Below are positions 29,703-39,807 of a DNA stretch of 64,000 bases, piece by piece. Under the pieces are notes generated by a model that had not been told where the DNA came from, searched no databases, and saw only the letters and a program-made list of their open reading frames with translations. The position numbers and the translations under genes are program-made. This DNA comes from Bryobacterales bacterium (GTDB lineage Bacteria > Acidobacteriota > Terriglobia > Bryobacterales > UBA6623). Every line of letters begins with the position of its first letter. Position 1 is the stretch's first letter. The stretch is taken from NCBI GenBank assembly GCA_963422375.2, contig OY729428.2, positions 1,024,001-1,088,000 on the forward strand. Direction: 5' to 3'.

Positions 29703-30329
29703 ATGCCCGTAGCGGAGGTCAGCGAGGAGGTCAGGCTCGTCCCGGAGCTGCTGGCCCGGGAGGACTACAGGATCATCTCGGATCTGATCAAAGACTCCTC
29801 CCGCGTGCTGGACCTCGGCTGCGGCGACGGCGACCTGCTAGCCTGGCTAGCGCAGCACAAGGATGTCCAGGCGCGCGGTGTCGAGATCTCCCAGGACAGG
29901 GTTCGGCGCTGCGTCGAAAGGGGCCTGTCCGTGTACCAAGGAGACATCAACCAAGGCTTGAGGGACTACCCGGAAGAGTGCTTCGACTACGTGATCCTGA
30001 GCCAGACGCTGCAGGAAGTGCAGCAGCCGCTCGCCGTCCTGCGTGAGATGCGGCGCGTGGGCCGTCGCATCATCGTGGCGTTTCCGAATTTCGGCCACTG
30101 GTCCGTGAGGCTGTCGCTGCTCTGCACCGGCAGGGCCCCCCGCACCAAGCACCTCCCGCACCAGTGGCACACCTCGCCCAACATTCGCGTGCTGACGGTT
30201 CTGGATTTCGAGGACCTGCTGCGACGGGAAGGCCTCCGTAGCGACAAGGTCCACTTCCTGCGCCACGGCCGCAAGATCACGCGCTGGCCGAACGTTCTCG
30301 CTGACTCCGCGGTGTACCTGCTCAGCTAG
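29703..30329 (+). CDS. metW: Methionine biosynthesis protein MetW (SAM-dependent methyltransferase fold)
   Basis: SRVLDLGCGDG, FDYVILSQTLQ, IVAFPNFGHW, LPHQWHTSPNI. Confidence 0.93.
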   Translation: MPVAEVSEEVRLVPELLAREDYRIISDLIKDSSRVLDLGCGDGDLLAWLAQHKDVQARGVEISQDRVRRCVERGLSVYQGDINQGLRDYPEECFDYVILSQTLQEVQQPLAVLREMRRVGRRIIVAFPNFGHWSVRLSLLCTGRAPRTKHLPHQWHTSPNIRVLTVLDFEDLLRREGLRSDKVHFLRHGRKITRWPNVLADSAVYLLS

Positions 30330-30359
30330 CCCGAGCCCCGGCACCGGCCGATTGCTGCC

Positions 30360-31415
30360 CTACGCGCGGAGCGCCCGTCCGACCGATGGCTCCGACCGTC
30401 CCGACGAGCACTGGGCCAGCAGGCCGGCGACCGCGGCCGTCACCGAGGCGAGATCAACCGAGAGAATGCAGCGCGCCTCGTCGAACGCGTAGCACCGGTC
30501 GCCCGGGCATGGCTTGCAGTCCCAAGCGGTTTCCACCACGCGGTGCGGGGTCTTCCAAGGATGCCACGCCCGGGAGTCGGACGAGCCGAAGATCACCGCG
30601 CACGGCACGCCGAACGCAGCCGCCACGTGGGCCGGGCCCGAGTCGTTGCCGACGAAGAGCCGCGCGCCGGCCGCGAGCGACATCAGGCCCGCTAGGGAGA
30701 GACCCGTGCGGACGTCGCAGGCCGGAAGCTGAGACGCGAGCCCCTCCTCCCCGGGCCCGGCCAGGAATACCGGCGGAAGACCGTGGCGCTCGCGGAGCTC
30801 GCGACCCAAGGCCCGGAACCTAGCGACGGGCCACGCCTTGGTGTGAAAGGCCGCTCCCGGGTGCACCAGCGCGTAGGGCCGGACCGCCCCGACCGGCGGC
30901 GCCGCGAGGCGGGCAGGCGGAATCTCCCCCGGACTCGCCCCGAGGTGGATTGCCGCGGCCGCATGGTGCTCGGCGGTATGCACCGTGGCGGCGGCAGCGC
31001 GTCCCAGCACTTCCTGGGCCCGCGGGATGCGCACGTTGTAGGCTCGCGCCCGCCGGAAGTGAGCGAAGCCCGCCCGCCACCGAGCGCCCGAAAGGGCGGT
31101 CAGCCAAGCGGCCGTGGATCCGCCGTGCATGTCCACGCAGACCGAGGGACGGAGGGCTCGCACCGCCCGCAGCAGTCGCGCCTTCGCAGCCAGGCCGCCT
31201 CGGGGCGCGAGCCGCAGCACGCCGTCGATGTCCGGCTGACCATCCAGCACGCCGGCGAAGCGCGCTTCCATAGCGACGTGGATCCGCGCTCTCGGAACGG
31301 CCCTGCGCAAGAGCTCGAAGGCCGGGGTCGCCAGGACCGTGTCCCCGAGCGACCGGAGCCGCACTAGAACGATCGAAGGTTCGGGTCCGGCACGGGCCAG
31401 CACTGATGCGCCCAC
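30360..31415 (-). CDS. Glycosyltransferase family 9 (LPS heptosyltransferase-like)
   Basis: LRSLGDTVLATP, VHPGAA...KAWP, FVGNDSGPAHVAAA, IFGS, CKPC. Confidence 0.92.
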   Translation of the reverse strand: MGASVLARAGPEPSIVLVRLRSLGDTVLATPAFELLRRAVPRARIHVAMEARFAGVLDGQPDIDGVLRLAPRGGLAAKARLLRAVRALRPSVCVDMHGGSTAAWLTALSGARWRAGFAHFRRARAYNVRIPRAQEVLGRAAAATVHTAEHHAAAAIHLGASPGEIPPARLAAPPVGAVRPYALVHPGAAFHTKAWPVARFRALGRELRERHGLPPVFLAGPGEEGLASQLPACDVRTGLSLAGLMSLAAGARLFVGNDSGPAHVAAAFGVPCAVIFGSSDSRAWHPWKTPHRVVETAWDCKPCPGDRCYAFDEARCILSVDLASVTAAVAGLLAQCSSGRSEPSVGRALRA

Positions 31416-31424
31416 CTGGCGAAC

Positions 31425-32075
31425 TCAGGTCGCGCGGGCTTCGGCCACCACGTCTAGGAAGGCGCGGGCCGCGCTCTCTATGCGCCCGAAGTCCCGGCGG
31501 TCCAGCCAGCTCTTGCTAACAAGGACCGAACCGACCGCGACCGCGCTTGCGCCCGCCCGGAAGAATGACGCCGCGTTCTCGCCATCCACGCCGCCAGTCG
31601 GCACCAGCAGGACTTGGGGCAGGGGCGCCTTGACGGCCTTGATATAGCTGGCCCCTCCCATCGCGCCCACGGGGAACACCTTGACCATGGTCGCTCCCGC
31701 GTTCCAGGCCGCGAGGATCTCGGTCGGCGTGAGAGCGCCCGGTATCACGCACTTCGAGTATCGGTTGCAGATCTCGATCGTCCCGATGTCGAGCGACGGC
31801 GTGACGAAGAATTCCGCGCCGGCCAGCATGCACTCGCGTGCCGTGATCGCGTCGAGGACCGTGCCTGCTCCGAGAACGAGACTATCTCCGAAGCGCTCGC
31901 GGGCCGTCTCGAGCGTCCGCAGCGCGCCCGGCACCGTCATGGTGACTTCGACAATCGGAATGCCGGCATCGCGGATCGCCTGGATCGCGCGTAGCGCGTC
32001 GTCCGCCGAGTCCGTCCGCACGATCGGGATGATTCCTACGTCGAGGATCCTCTGCAATACCTCCCGCTTGCCCAT
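31425..32075 (-). CDS. eda: KDPG/KHG aldolase
   Basis: IIPIVR, VEVTMTVP, LGAGTVL, PGALTPTEI, VKVFP, LVPTGGV, AVAVGS. Confidence 0.93.
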   Translation of the reverse strand: MGKREVLQRILDVGIIPIVRTDSADDALRAIQAIRDAGIPIVEVTMTVPGALRTLETARERFGDSLVLGAGTVLDAITARECMLAGAEFFVTPSLDIGTIEICNRYSKCVIPGALTPTEILAAWNAGATMVKVFPVGAMGGASYIKAVKAPLPQVLLVPTGGVDGENAASFFRAGASAVAVGSVLVSKSWLDRRDFGRIESAARAFLDVVAEARAT

Positions 32076-32219
32076 CGTTCCACAATCCCAAGCGGATAAA
32101 GTACCAGAGGCGCGCAGCGCACGGCAATGCGCCGCCGGCCATCCGCGCGCCGCACGCGGACGCCGGGCGGGCTGGGCACTCCCCAGAACGGCACGAGCGC
32201 AGGTCTACACTGGGAGCTT

Positions 32220-33434
32220 GTGTCGGACCGGGATCTGGCCCTGAACGGCGGCGACCCGGTGCGCACCGCGCCGTACCCCGCCTGGCCGTCGCTCGCCCCG
32301 GGAGATCTGGAGCGCGTCCGGGAGGTGCTCGAAACGCCCCACTGGGGCGGGAGCGGCGACTTCGTGGAAGCCTTCGAGGAAGTCTTCGCCCAGTTCCACG
32401 ACTCCGCCTTCGGAGTGGCCGTCTGCAGCGGCAGCATGGCGCTCGAGCTGGCGCTGCACTCCGTCGGACTCGGGCCCGGCGACGAGGTGATCGTGCCCGC
32501 GCACAGCTTCATCGCCACCGCCGCGGCCGTCAGCCGCGTGGGCGCGGCACCGATATTCGTGGATATCGAAGCCGCCACCTACAACATCGATCCGAGCTGC
32601 GTCCCGGAGGCGCTTTCGGACAGGACGAAGGCGCTGATCCCGGTGCATTTCGGCGGCGTGGTGGCCGACTGCGACAAGCTAGGCGAAATCGCCGACGATC
32701 GCGGGCTGCTGCTCATCGAGGACGCGGCCCACGCGCACGGCGCGGAGTGGTTCGGCACGCGGGCCGGGGGGCTCGGCGCGTGCGGGGTCTTCAGCTTCCA
32801 GAATTCCAAGGCGATGGTCGCCGGCGAGGGCGGGATCCTCGTTACGAGCGCCGAGAGCGTGGCGGCGAGAGCCCGCTCGATCACCAACGCCGGCAGACTG
32901 CCCGACGGAGGCTGGTTCGAGCACTTCGAGCTCGGGACCAACCTGCGCATGACCGGAATCCAAGCGGCTCTTCTCAGCGGCCAGCTGGAGCGGCTGCCCG
33001 AGCAGATCAGGCTCCGGGAAGCGAATTTCTCTCGGTTCCGGGATGGTCTCGAGGTAGTCGAGGGGCTGGAACTGCAGCGCACGACGGAAGGCGCGAGCGT
33101 CCAGACGCGGTACATCGTTCCGGGGCGCGTGTCGAGGGATGCCTTCGGGGCCGGACGCGACGAACTGGTGCAGGCGGTTCAGGCCGAGGGCGTGCCGATA
33201 CGCCCGTTCTACCCGCATCCGCTGTATGCGAACCCGCTGTACCGGAATCTCCCGCACAGGCAGCTCCCGTGCCCGGTTGCCGAGCAGGCTTCGCGCGACT
33301 CGTTCTGGCTGCCGCTGCGGCTCTTCATGGGCACCGAGGAGGACGCAGCGGACGCGGCGCGGGCGATCGCCAAGGTGCATCTCGCCTTCAAGGCGCGCAA
33401 GGAGCCGCCCGCCAACGGCTCGGCCGCCGGATGA
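32220..33434 (+). CDS. DegT/DnrJ/EryC1/StrS family PLP-dependent aminotransferase
   Basis: GPGDEVIVP, LIPVHFGG, IEDAAHAHGA, FSFQNSKAMVAGEGG, GTNLRM; GTG start 32220 (ORF open from 32127). Confidence 0.93.
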   Translation: MSDRDLALNGGDPVRTAPYPAWPSLAPGDLERVREVLETPHWGGSGDFVEAFEEVFAQFHDSAFGVAVCSGSMALELALHSVGLGPGDEVIVPAHSFIATAAAVSRVGAAPIFVDIEAATYNIDPSCVPEALSDRTKALIPVHFGGVVADCDKLGEIADDRGLLLIEDAAHAHGAEWFGTRAGGLGACGVFSFQNSKAMVAGEGGILVTSAESVAARARSITNAGRLPDGGWFEHFELGTNLRMTGIQAALLSGQLERLPEQIRLREANFSRFRDGLEVVEGLELQRTTEGASVQTRYIVPGRVSRDAFGAGRDELVQAVQAEGVPIRPFYPHPLYANPLYRNLPHRQLPCPVAEQASRDSFWLPLRLFMGTEEDAADAARAIAKVHLAFKARKEPPANGSAAG

Positions 33435-33444
33435 GCCCCGCCCG

Positions 33445-35082
33445 TCAGTTCCGCGTCGCGGCCTCGGTCAGCGTGTGAACGCGCCCGGCCGCCAGTCCCT
33501 CGAAGCGCTGGCGAGCGCCGCTTGGCCAGCGGATCGCGACGTCGGCCGCCACGTCGCCTCCGAGTCCGAAATGGAGGCGCAGGTCGTGCTGCGACAGGTA
33601 GCTGCCTCCCCCGCGCACGTCCTGCCGCTGCGTGCCGCCGACGCTCTTGACGGTGACGCGCGCTCCGATGGCGCTGCGATTCGAAGCCGTTCCCTCGAGA
33701 CGGAGAAGAATCCAGTTGCCGACCGTCTCGCCCCTCTGCGCCAGCAGCGCCGGCGGCTCGTTCTGGCTGTTGATCAGCGCTTCCAGCCGGCCGTCGTTGT
33801 CGATATCGGCCACGGCTAGGCCGCGCGCCGCGCGCCGCGCCAGGATTCCCGGTCCGGCCGCCAGCGACACGTCCTCGAAGCGCTTGCCGCCGAGATTGCG
33901 ATACAGCACGGGCCGCTGGCGAAAACTGAGGTCCGACCCGGCGAGACTCTCGACTTCCGGAAAGGCGTGTCCGTTGACCAGGAGCACGTCGCGCCAGCCG
34001 TCGTTGTCGACGTCCACGAACGCGCAGCCCCAGCCGACGAAGCGCGTGTTCACTCCCAGTCCGCGAGCAACCGTGACATCGTCGAAATCGCCCGCGCCGC
34101 GATTAACGTAGAGAGTGGATCGCTCGTCGGAGAAATTCGTGCGGAAGATGTCGTCGCGGGCGTCCCGGTCGATATCGCCGGCAGCGACCCCCATGCCAGA
34201 CAGCGCCCGGCCGTGCTCGTCAAGTGCCGCTCCCCGCACCATGGCCTCGTCCCGAAAAGTGCCGTCGCCCCGGTTCACGTAAAGGATCGACGGTGTCCGG
34301 TCGCATGCCACGTAGATGTCCGCCCAGCCGTCGTCATTGAAGTCGCCGGTCACGGCGCCGAGCGAGTAGTTTCGAGCGCTTGCCGTGACGCCGCTCTCGC
34401 GAGAGACATCGGTGAACCGGCCGGCGTCGTTGCGCAAGAGCTCGTTCGTCGCGAACGGCAGGCCCCGCGGGCCGCACGCGACGGGCATGTCCAAGTAGAA
34501 GCAGTAGGGATTATCGCCCGGCCTCGGGGTGCTCTCGAAGTCGAACTCCAAGTAGTTGGCGACAAACAAGTCGAGGTCTCCGTCGTTGTCGACGTCGACG
34601 AAGGCGCATCCCGTGCTGTAGCTGCGGGAATCCGGCACGGATACGGCGGCGAACCGCCCGTCGCCGGCATTGCGGTAGAGCCTGTTCTCGCCCCAGTACG
34701 TGACGAACAGGTCCGTCCGGCCGTCGTTGTCGAAGTCTCCGGCGCAAACTCCCTGGCCCCAGCCGGAGCTCCGCAATCCGGCCCCCTCGGTGACGTCCTT
34801 GAAGCGCCGGTCGCCGAGATTCTCGTACAGCCTGCTCGTCGAGCCCTCGCCGGAGACGACGAACGCGTCCGGCAGACCGTCTGCGTTATAGTCGAGAAAG
34901 GCTGCTCCGCTGCCCGTTGTCTCGAGAATCCAGTCCTTCCGCGCATCGCCGCCGTTGGGAAACGCGTGCGACAGCCCGGCGCCCTCGGCAATGTCCACGA
35001 AGCGGACCGAGGCTCCGTCAGAAGGGAAGGCGCCGACCAGCAGCATTGCCGGGCCCGCGATCTGCGACAGCCCCGGAGTCAC
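33445..35082 (-). CDS. CRTAC1-family FG-GAP repeat protein with ASPIC/UnbV domain
   Basis: ILETTGSGAAFLD, DxDNDG repeats, SNRSAIGARV, GGSYLSQHDLRLHFGLG. Confidence 0.93.
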   Translation of the reverse strand: MTPGLSQIAGPAMLLVGAFPSDGASVRFVDIAEGAGLSHAFPNGGDARKDWILETTGSGAAFLDYNADGLPDAFVVSGEGSTSRLYENLGDRRFKDVTEGAGLRSSGWGQGVCAGDFDNDGRTDLFVTYWGENRLYRNAGDGRFAAVSVPDSRSYSTGCAFVDVDNDGDLDLFVANYLEFDFESTPRPGDNPYCFYLDMPVACGPRGLPFATNELLRNDAGRFTDVSRESGVTASARNYSLGAVTGDFNDDGWADIYVACDRTPSILYVNRGDGTFRDEAMVRGAALDEHGRALSGMGVAAGDIDRDARDDIFRTNFSDERSTLYVNRGAGDFDDVTVARGLGVNTRFVGWGCAFVDVDNDGWRDVLLVNGHAFPEVESLAGSDLSFRQRPVLYRNLGGKRFEDVSLAAGPGILARRAARGLAVADIDNDGRLEALINSQNEPPALLAQRGETVGNWILLRLEGTASNRSAIGARVTVKSVGGTQRQDVRGGGSYLSQHDLRLHFGLGGDVAADVAIRWPSGARQRFEGLAAGRVHTLTEAATRN

Positions 35083-36113
35083 GGATTCTCGCCGATCCGC
35101 TTGAGGAAGTCACTGAACTCGCCGCCGGACGGGGCCTGCAGTTCCTCGAGAGCCTCCTGTATCCGTCGCGCGTCATCCCGGCGGCCCGCATTTCGGTAGG
35201 CAAGCATCAGGCTGTAGTGCGCCGGTTCGCTCCGAGGCTGCAGTGTCAGGGCTCGCTCCAGCAGGCTGATCGCTTCGTCGAACCGCTCCATTCGCCCGCG
35301 CTCCTTCGCCACCGCGATTAACGCTTCGGGGAAGTCCCCGTCCAGCGCGACGGCACGCTCGAAGTGAGCCAGCGCCTCGTCCGCCCTGCCCTGCACGTGC
35401 AGGATCTGGCCGACTTGGAATTCCGCCACGGCGTCGTTCGGATTCAGTTCCAGCTCGGCGCGGAATTCCGCGAGAGCCTCGTCCAGAGCCGCGGGATCGT
35501 GGGAACGCATCAGCAGCGCCCGCCCCAAGCGGTAGTGCAGGTTGAGGGTGCCGGGAGCCCTGTCGATCGCCTTGCGGTACTCCCGCACTGCGTCGTCGTA
35601 GCGTCCCTGAATCTCGAAGATCTCCGCCGAGAGCTGGTTCACGCGGAACGACGAAGGAGCCGCGCCAAACATCGCTGCGACAGCCTCGTTCCAGCCCTTG
35701 AGGTGCAGCCGCGCCGTCTCGTAGAGAACGTCCGCGTCGGCCGGGTGCTCGGACCGCAGGCCCGCGAGCAGCGCCAGGGCCGCGTCGAACCGCTTGCCGG
35801 CGATCGAGCACCGTGCGGCTGCCAGCCCGGCAAGCCTGGAAGTCAGGGGTTCGCTGCCCTGTGCCGCGAGAACCAGCTGCGGCAGGACTTCAGCGCACTG
35901 CCCGAGAGAGGCATCGACTATGGCTTTGAGGGCCGACGCTCGCAGGTCGGTCGAAGCGGCAAAGCGTGCCCTGGCCGCTGTCAGGTCACCGCTTTCGAAC
36001 AGACTCAGCCCTTCCCTGAACGGCTGGTCCGCCCAGGCCCTGCCGCCAGCGAATCCGGTAAGCGTGAGCGTGAGCGTGAGCGCCCAAGCGGGCAAGCGGC
36101 TAGTGGCCGGCAT
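35079..36113 (-). CDS. Secreted tetratricopeptide repeat protein
   Basis: Signal peptide; TPRs (LHYRLGRAL, AEFQVGQIL, AHYSLMLAYR); 4-nt overlap with the CRTAC1 gene. Confidence 0.9.
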   Translation of the reverse strand: MPATSRLPAWALTLTLTLTGFAGGRAWADQPFREGLSLFESGDLTAARARFAASTDLRASALKAIVDASLGQCAEVLPQLVLAAQGSEPLTSRLAGLAAARCSIAGKRFDAALALLAGLRSEHPADADVLYETARLHLKGWNEAVAAMFGAAPSSFRVNQLSAEIFEIQGRYDDAVREYRKAIDRAPGTLNLHYRLGRALLMRSHDPAALDEALAEFRAELELNPNDAVAEFQVGQILHVQGRADEALAHFERAVALDGDFPEALIAVAKERGRMERFDEAISLLERALTLQPRSEPAHYSLMLAYRNAGRRDDARRIQEALEELQAPSGGEFSDFLKRIGENP

Positions 36114-36366
36114 CGTCCATCATGAGGTCCAGCTCGCCGAAGCGGTGGTTCCTGCGATCCTCCAAATACCGGAAGGCCAGAAGCGGCGGCTCGCCCGGAG
36201 CTAGGGTCTCTGGCGGCCGGAGTCGCTCGGAGGACGCCACGCCGATGCCGTCGATCCGCCCCGAACGCGCAAGCCTCTCTAGAAGCGCGGCCTCCTCCTC
36301 GGCGTTTCCGAGCCCTCGCGGCAACACACTGGCCGCCAGCACGACGAGCACGGATAGGCGGAGCAC
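36100..36366 (-). CDS. Small hypothetical protein with signal-peptide-like N-terminus (possibly a truncated gene)
   Basis: 88-aa ORF, hydrophobic N-terminus, overlaps the TPR start by 14 nt on the same strand. Confidence 0.35.
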   Translation of the reverse strand: MLRLSVLVVLAASVLPRGLGNAEEEAALLERLARSGRIDGIGVASSERLRPPETLAPGEPPLLAFRYLEDRRNHRFGELDLMMDDAGH

Positions 36367-36531
36367 TGAGCGTCCCTCGAGGACCCGTCCCTTCAGAGTA
36401 GCGCGGAGCTTCCGACCGCGCGGTCAGATCGCGATGCACCCCGTCCTAGGCGTGCGCGCCTCGACTCGCACCAGCGGGTCTTCGCCGGCCCGAGCCCGCT
36501 CGCGGACCGGTGCGCCCGCTTCCGAGGGGCC

Positions 36532-36636
36532 TTGGACCGCGAGGAGCTGTACGCCCGCACCCAGCTTGGGCTCTCCGGAAAGGACATCTTCCTCAAGCGC
36601 CTGCATCCCGACTGACGCGCAATCCTCGGCCGCTAG
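36532..36636 (+). pseudogene. DUF4338 C-terminal fragment (second copy)
   Basis: ELYARTQLGLSGKDIFLKRLHPD*RAILGR*; shares the 25-nt stretch TCCTCAAGCGCCTGCATCCCGACTG with 6050-6074. Confidence 0.65.
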
Positions 36637-37214
36637 CCTCTCCTACCCCTCTCCAATCGCCCGACCGTACGTTTCCCGTGCCAAGCCTCTCGTCAGTTCT
36701 CGCCGAGAGGCGACGGCGAGCGGAGTTCTCGCACGCATTGCAGGAGGCGATGGACGATTTATTCCGACAACAGCGAACGGAGAATCGTCAACCGGGGCGG
36801 TCCTTCATCCACCACGATCTACCCGGCGTCGCTGTGAAGGCGATCCCAGGCGTGGTCGAATCCGCACGGCAGGCCTCGCCATAGAGCAATCTGCGGCAAG
36901 CGGTCGGTGAGGCAATGCTGGGTCGCTAGCGGTTGCTCCCGCTCGGAATATCGTGCATACGGGCAGGGACACCGACTAATCGGCTTCGACCCCATCGACG
37001 GTCTCCGGCTGGGTGCCCGCGGTCCAAGCGAAACGGTGGGGAGTCGGCCCGCTCGGGCTCTTCTCGCGCGCCTTGTCCATCGCCGACGCCTGCCAGCGCT
37101 CCGGCGGCAGCAGCACCTAGCCGCCGTTTCGCGCGCAGGCTGCCAGGCTCGGCTGCGTTGTTGTCCTGCGGGCCGCACGGGTCGACCTCAAGCACGCGCA
37201 GCGACCTTGGGTCT

Positions 37215-38501
37215 CTATGCAACTCCGCCCGGGCGAATCGCCAGCCAGTCTGCGCAGCTCCGAAACACGTCCTCCGGTCGCAGCGCCCCCCGCACCTCGA
37301 ACAACGGGAAATCGGGCGGGCCGATCACTAGCAACGCGTCCATTCCCACGCCCACGTACAGGAAAGCGGTGTTCCGGCGATACTCGGCGTACTTCCCGCA
37401 TTCCCTCCAGATGTACTCGTGGAAGACCTCCAGATCGACGTACGTGCCGAGCATGTCGGCCTGCGTCGGAATCGGACTGGCCTCCTCCTGGTCCGAGTAG
37501 ATGAGCAGGCTGCTGAAGGGCTTGACCTTGTTGCGGATCCCGAACGTGACGATCGCCACCGAGGGACGGGCGCGGCGAATGGCCTGCACCGTCGCCCACT
37601 CCACGAATGTGTTGTTGATCAGCAGGGTGCCGTTTCCGTTAAGCAGCACCGACTGCAGGAAATCCTGCATCACGGGGTCGCGCCCGGCCGCGCGCCGCAA
37701 CGCGCCCGGGTTCATCCTCCGCAGACGCTCCCCGAGCTGGCGGGGACCGGGTATCCTCTCCTGCGTCACGAGGTCGTTCACCTCACGCATCAGCACGCGT
37801 CGCAGGTCCTCGAGGCGCTGGTAGCTCAGACCGACCCAGCCTTCGAACGTCTGGGCCAGCCGCATGACCGGGTCTTCGGCTTCAACAACCCACCCGTCGA
37901 ACGGATTGCGGGCGCGCTGGGCGGCATACAGGTCGAAGATGCCGGGCGCGCGCGCGGCCCGGGGGGCCCCGCTGAGAAGCTTGGCGAGATAGTCTGCCAG
38001 CGCGTCAACACCCGAAAGGTCCAGCTGCAGCAGGCGCCCGCGCTCCTGCAGCCGCGTCCACATCCTGTCCGGTCCCATCGGCAGCTCGGGGGGCGACACC
38101 ACCACGACGAGCCGGGGGTTTCCCGACTGAAGGATCTCCTCGTCCAGCAGCGGATCGATCTTGGCGAATGCCGCGGTGACGGCCTCCCTCCATTCGGCCA
38201 AATGGGGATTCCGCTGCAGGTAGTCCACGTGCTCAAGCGTGAACTTGGTCGTTCTCCAAGGCCCTCCTCGGATGTCCATCTTGCGCTCGACCTCGAGCAG
38301 CGGCGCAAAGAGCTGCTCCACCGCCTGCGCCGGCGAGCGGTCGAGCATCCCGAACAGGCGCTCGAAATAGCCCTGCTCCGCCGGGAAAAGCTTGCTCCAC
38401 TCCTTGATCCGGTCAAGCGAGTACACGGAAAACGTCACCGGCAGCCGGTCGAAGAGGCCCCCGTCGATCAGCCTCCGGATGGCCGGGCTGTACTTCTGCA
38501 T
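37215..38501 (-). CDS. Hypothetical protein, 428 aa
   Basis: Long ORF with protein-like composition from MQKYSPAIRR; motif LLNGNGTLLINNTFVEWATVQAIRRARP...FGIRNKVKPFSSLL. Confidence 0.8.
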   Translation of the reverse strand: MQKYSPAIRRLIDGGLFDRLPVTFSVYSLDRIKEWSKLFPAEQGYFERLFGMLDRSPAQAVEQLFAPLLEVERKMDIRGGPWRTTKFTLEHVDYLQRNPHLAEWREAVTAAFAKIDPLLDEEILQSGNPRLVVVVSPPELPMGPDRMWTRLQERGRLLQLDLSGVDALADYLAKLLSGAPRAARAPGIFDLYAAQRARNPFDGWVVEAEDPVMRLAQTFEGWVGLSYQRLEDLRRVLMREVNDLVTQERIPGPRQLGERLRRMNPGALRRAAGRDPVMQDFLQSVLLNGNGTLLINNTFVEWATVQAIRRARPSVAIVTFGIRNKVKPFSSLLIYSDQEEASPIPTQADMLGTYVDLEVFHEYIWRECGKYAEYRRNTAFLYVGVGMDALLVIGPPDFPLFEVRGALRPEDVFRSCADWLAIRPGGVA

Positions 38502-38759
38502 CTCGCCCCCGGGCCCGCCAGTGAATTGCGGCTCGCCAACAGCGGCCCAAGTGCCGCCGCCTCTCGCGCTTGGAACTGCAGAGCCGCCGGGCCCCCACTG
38601 AACGCTCGGCCCGATCACCGTGGCTAACGGCCCAAGGCCGCCTCGCCCGGGCCCCGCGCAACGCCACCGAACGCCATCATTCTACAGCCCGGTCCGCCTG
38701 CCTGCGGGGACAGCGCCGTTGCCTCGCTCTCGCTTGCGACAATCGGAGCAGGCAGCACC

Positions 38760-39065
38760 ATGATTCACGTCGTCGCTTCGATCCGCGCCAAGGAAGGCAG
38801 GCTTGACGAGTACATCCAGCGCTTCAAGGAGAACGTGCCGAACGTCCTCGCCGAGGACGGCTGCATCGAGTACGCCCCGTGCCTGGATGCCAGCACCGGG
38901 TGGCCGGCCCAGGACTTGGATCCGCGACGCATGACCGTGATCGAGAAGTGGGAGAGCATGGCCGCGTTGCAGGCCCACGCCCGCGCTGCGCACATGGTCG
39001 CCTTCCGGAAGAAGGCCGGCCACCTCGTCGAGTCGTTGTCCCTCCAAGTGGTCGAGGCCGATTGA
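38760..39065 (+). CDS. Antibiotic biosynthesis monooxygenase / putative quinol monooxygenase (YgiN-like)
   Basis: MIHVVASIR, VLAEDGCIEY, IEKWESMAALQAH..AAHM. Confidence 0.9.
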   Translation: MIHVVASIRAKEGRLDEYIQRFKENVPNVLAEDGCIEYAPCLDASTGWPAQDLDPRRMTVIEKWESMAALQAHARAAHMVAFRKKAGHLVESLSLQVVEAD

Positions 39066-39102
39066 GGCCCTCCGACGGACGCCGCCGGGTACGAGAGCGG
39101 AC

Positions 39103-39783
39103 TCAGCCCGCCTCCTGGATCAGTCCTCGTCTACGGGACTTGTCCTTGATGCCTCGGAATAGCGAGGAGCAGAGGTACATGAGCGGCGTGTCCGCGGCCG
39201 CCACCAAGAGCTTGTAGACGTAGCTGGCCAGGATCACCGCGGCGATCACCGACCCCGGCTGGTCTCCGTACAGCAGAATGGTCACCACCGCGACCGTGTC
39301 GACGAGCTGGCTCAGCATCGTCGATGCGTTGTTCCGCAGCCAGAGATGGCGGCCGTTCGTCAGCCTGCGCCAGAAGTGATACAGGCGCACGTCCACGAAC
39401 TGCGCGGTCAGGTAGGCCACCATGCTCGCGAAGATGGCCCGCGCGCTCTGCCCGAAGACCGCGAGGTAATGCTCCTGGACTGCTTCGGTCTGGATGTGGG
39501 ATACGGGGAGCACGCGCCCGACGTACAGCACCCCGAGCATGTACACGCTGACCAGGAACCCCGTCAAGACGATCGCGTCGGCCCGCTTCTTGCCGTAGAG
39601 CTCGCTGATGAGATCGGTGCAGAGGAACGTGATCGGGTACGGCAGCACTCCGGCGCTGATCGTGGCAAGGCCGACGAAGGGCAGCTGGACGTCCACGAAC
39701 TTGAAAATGATCGAGTTCGCCAGCACTAGGCTGGACAAGAAAAGTCCCGAAAGGACCAGAAACACGTAGTCGTAGCGCGTCAC
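39103..39783 (-). CDS. Queuosine precursor transporter (YhhQ/VUT family)
   Basis: GVLPYPITFLCTDLISELYG, ASMVAYLTAQFVDV, LWLRNNASTMLSQLVDT, YKLLVAAADTP; GTG start. Confidence 0.92.
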   Translation of the reverse strand: MTRYDYVFLVLSGLFLSSLVLANSIIFKFVDVQLPFVGLATISAGVLPYPITFLCTDLISELYGKKRADAIVLTGFLVSVYMLGVLYVGRVLPVSHIQTEAVQEHYLAVFGQSARAIFASMVAYLTAQFVDVRLYHFWRRLTNGRHLWLRNNASTMLSQLVDTVAVVTILLYGDQPGSVIAAVILASYVYKLLVAAADTPLMYLCSSLFRGIKDKSRRRGLIQEAG

Positions 39784-39800
39784 TCGGAAGACCCCGGCGG

Positions 39801-39807
39801 TAACATA
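39801..39807. promoter_or_regulatory. Overlapping bidirectional -10 elements
   Basis: TAACATA gives TAACAT (+) and TATGTT (-) in the 32-bp gap between divergent genes. Confidence 0.4.

Noticed and set aside
36061..36083. (AGCGTG)n hexamer repeat as a phase-variation tract
   Set aside because: Only about 3.5 units, in frame, encoding LTLTLT in a signal peptide.
36640..37210. Coding remnant downstream of the DUF4338 fragment
   Set aside because: Short stop-riddled frames with no family I can identify.
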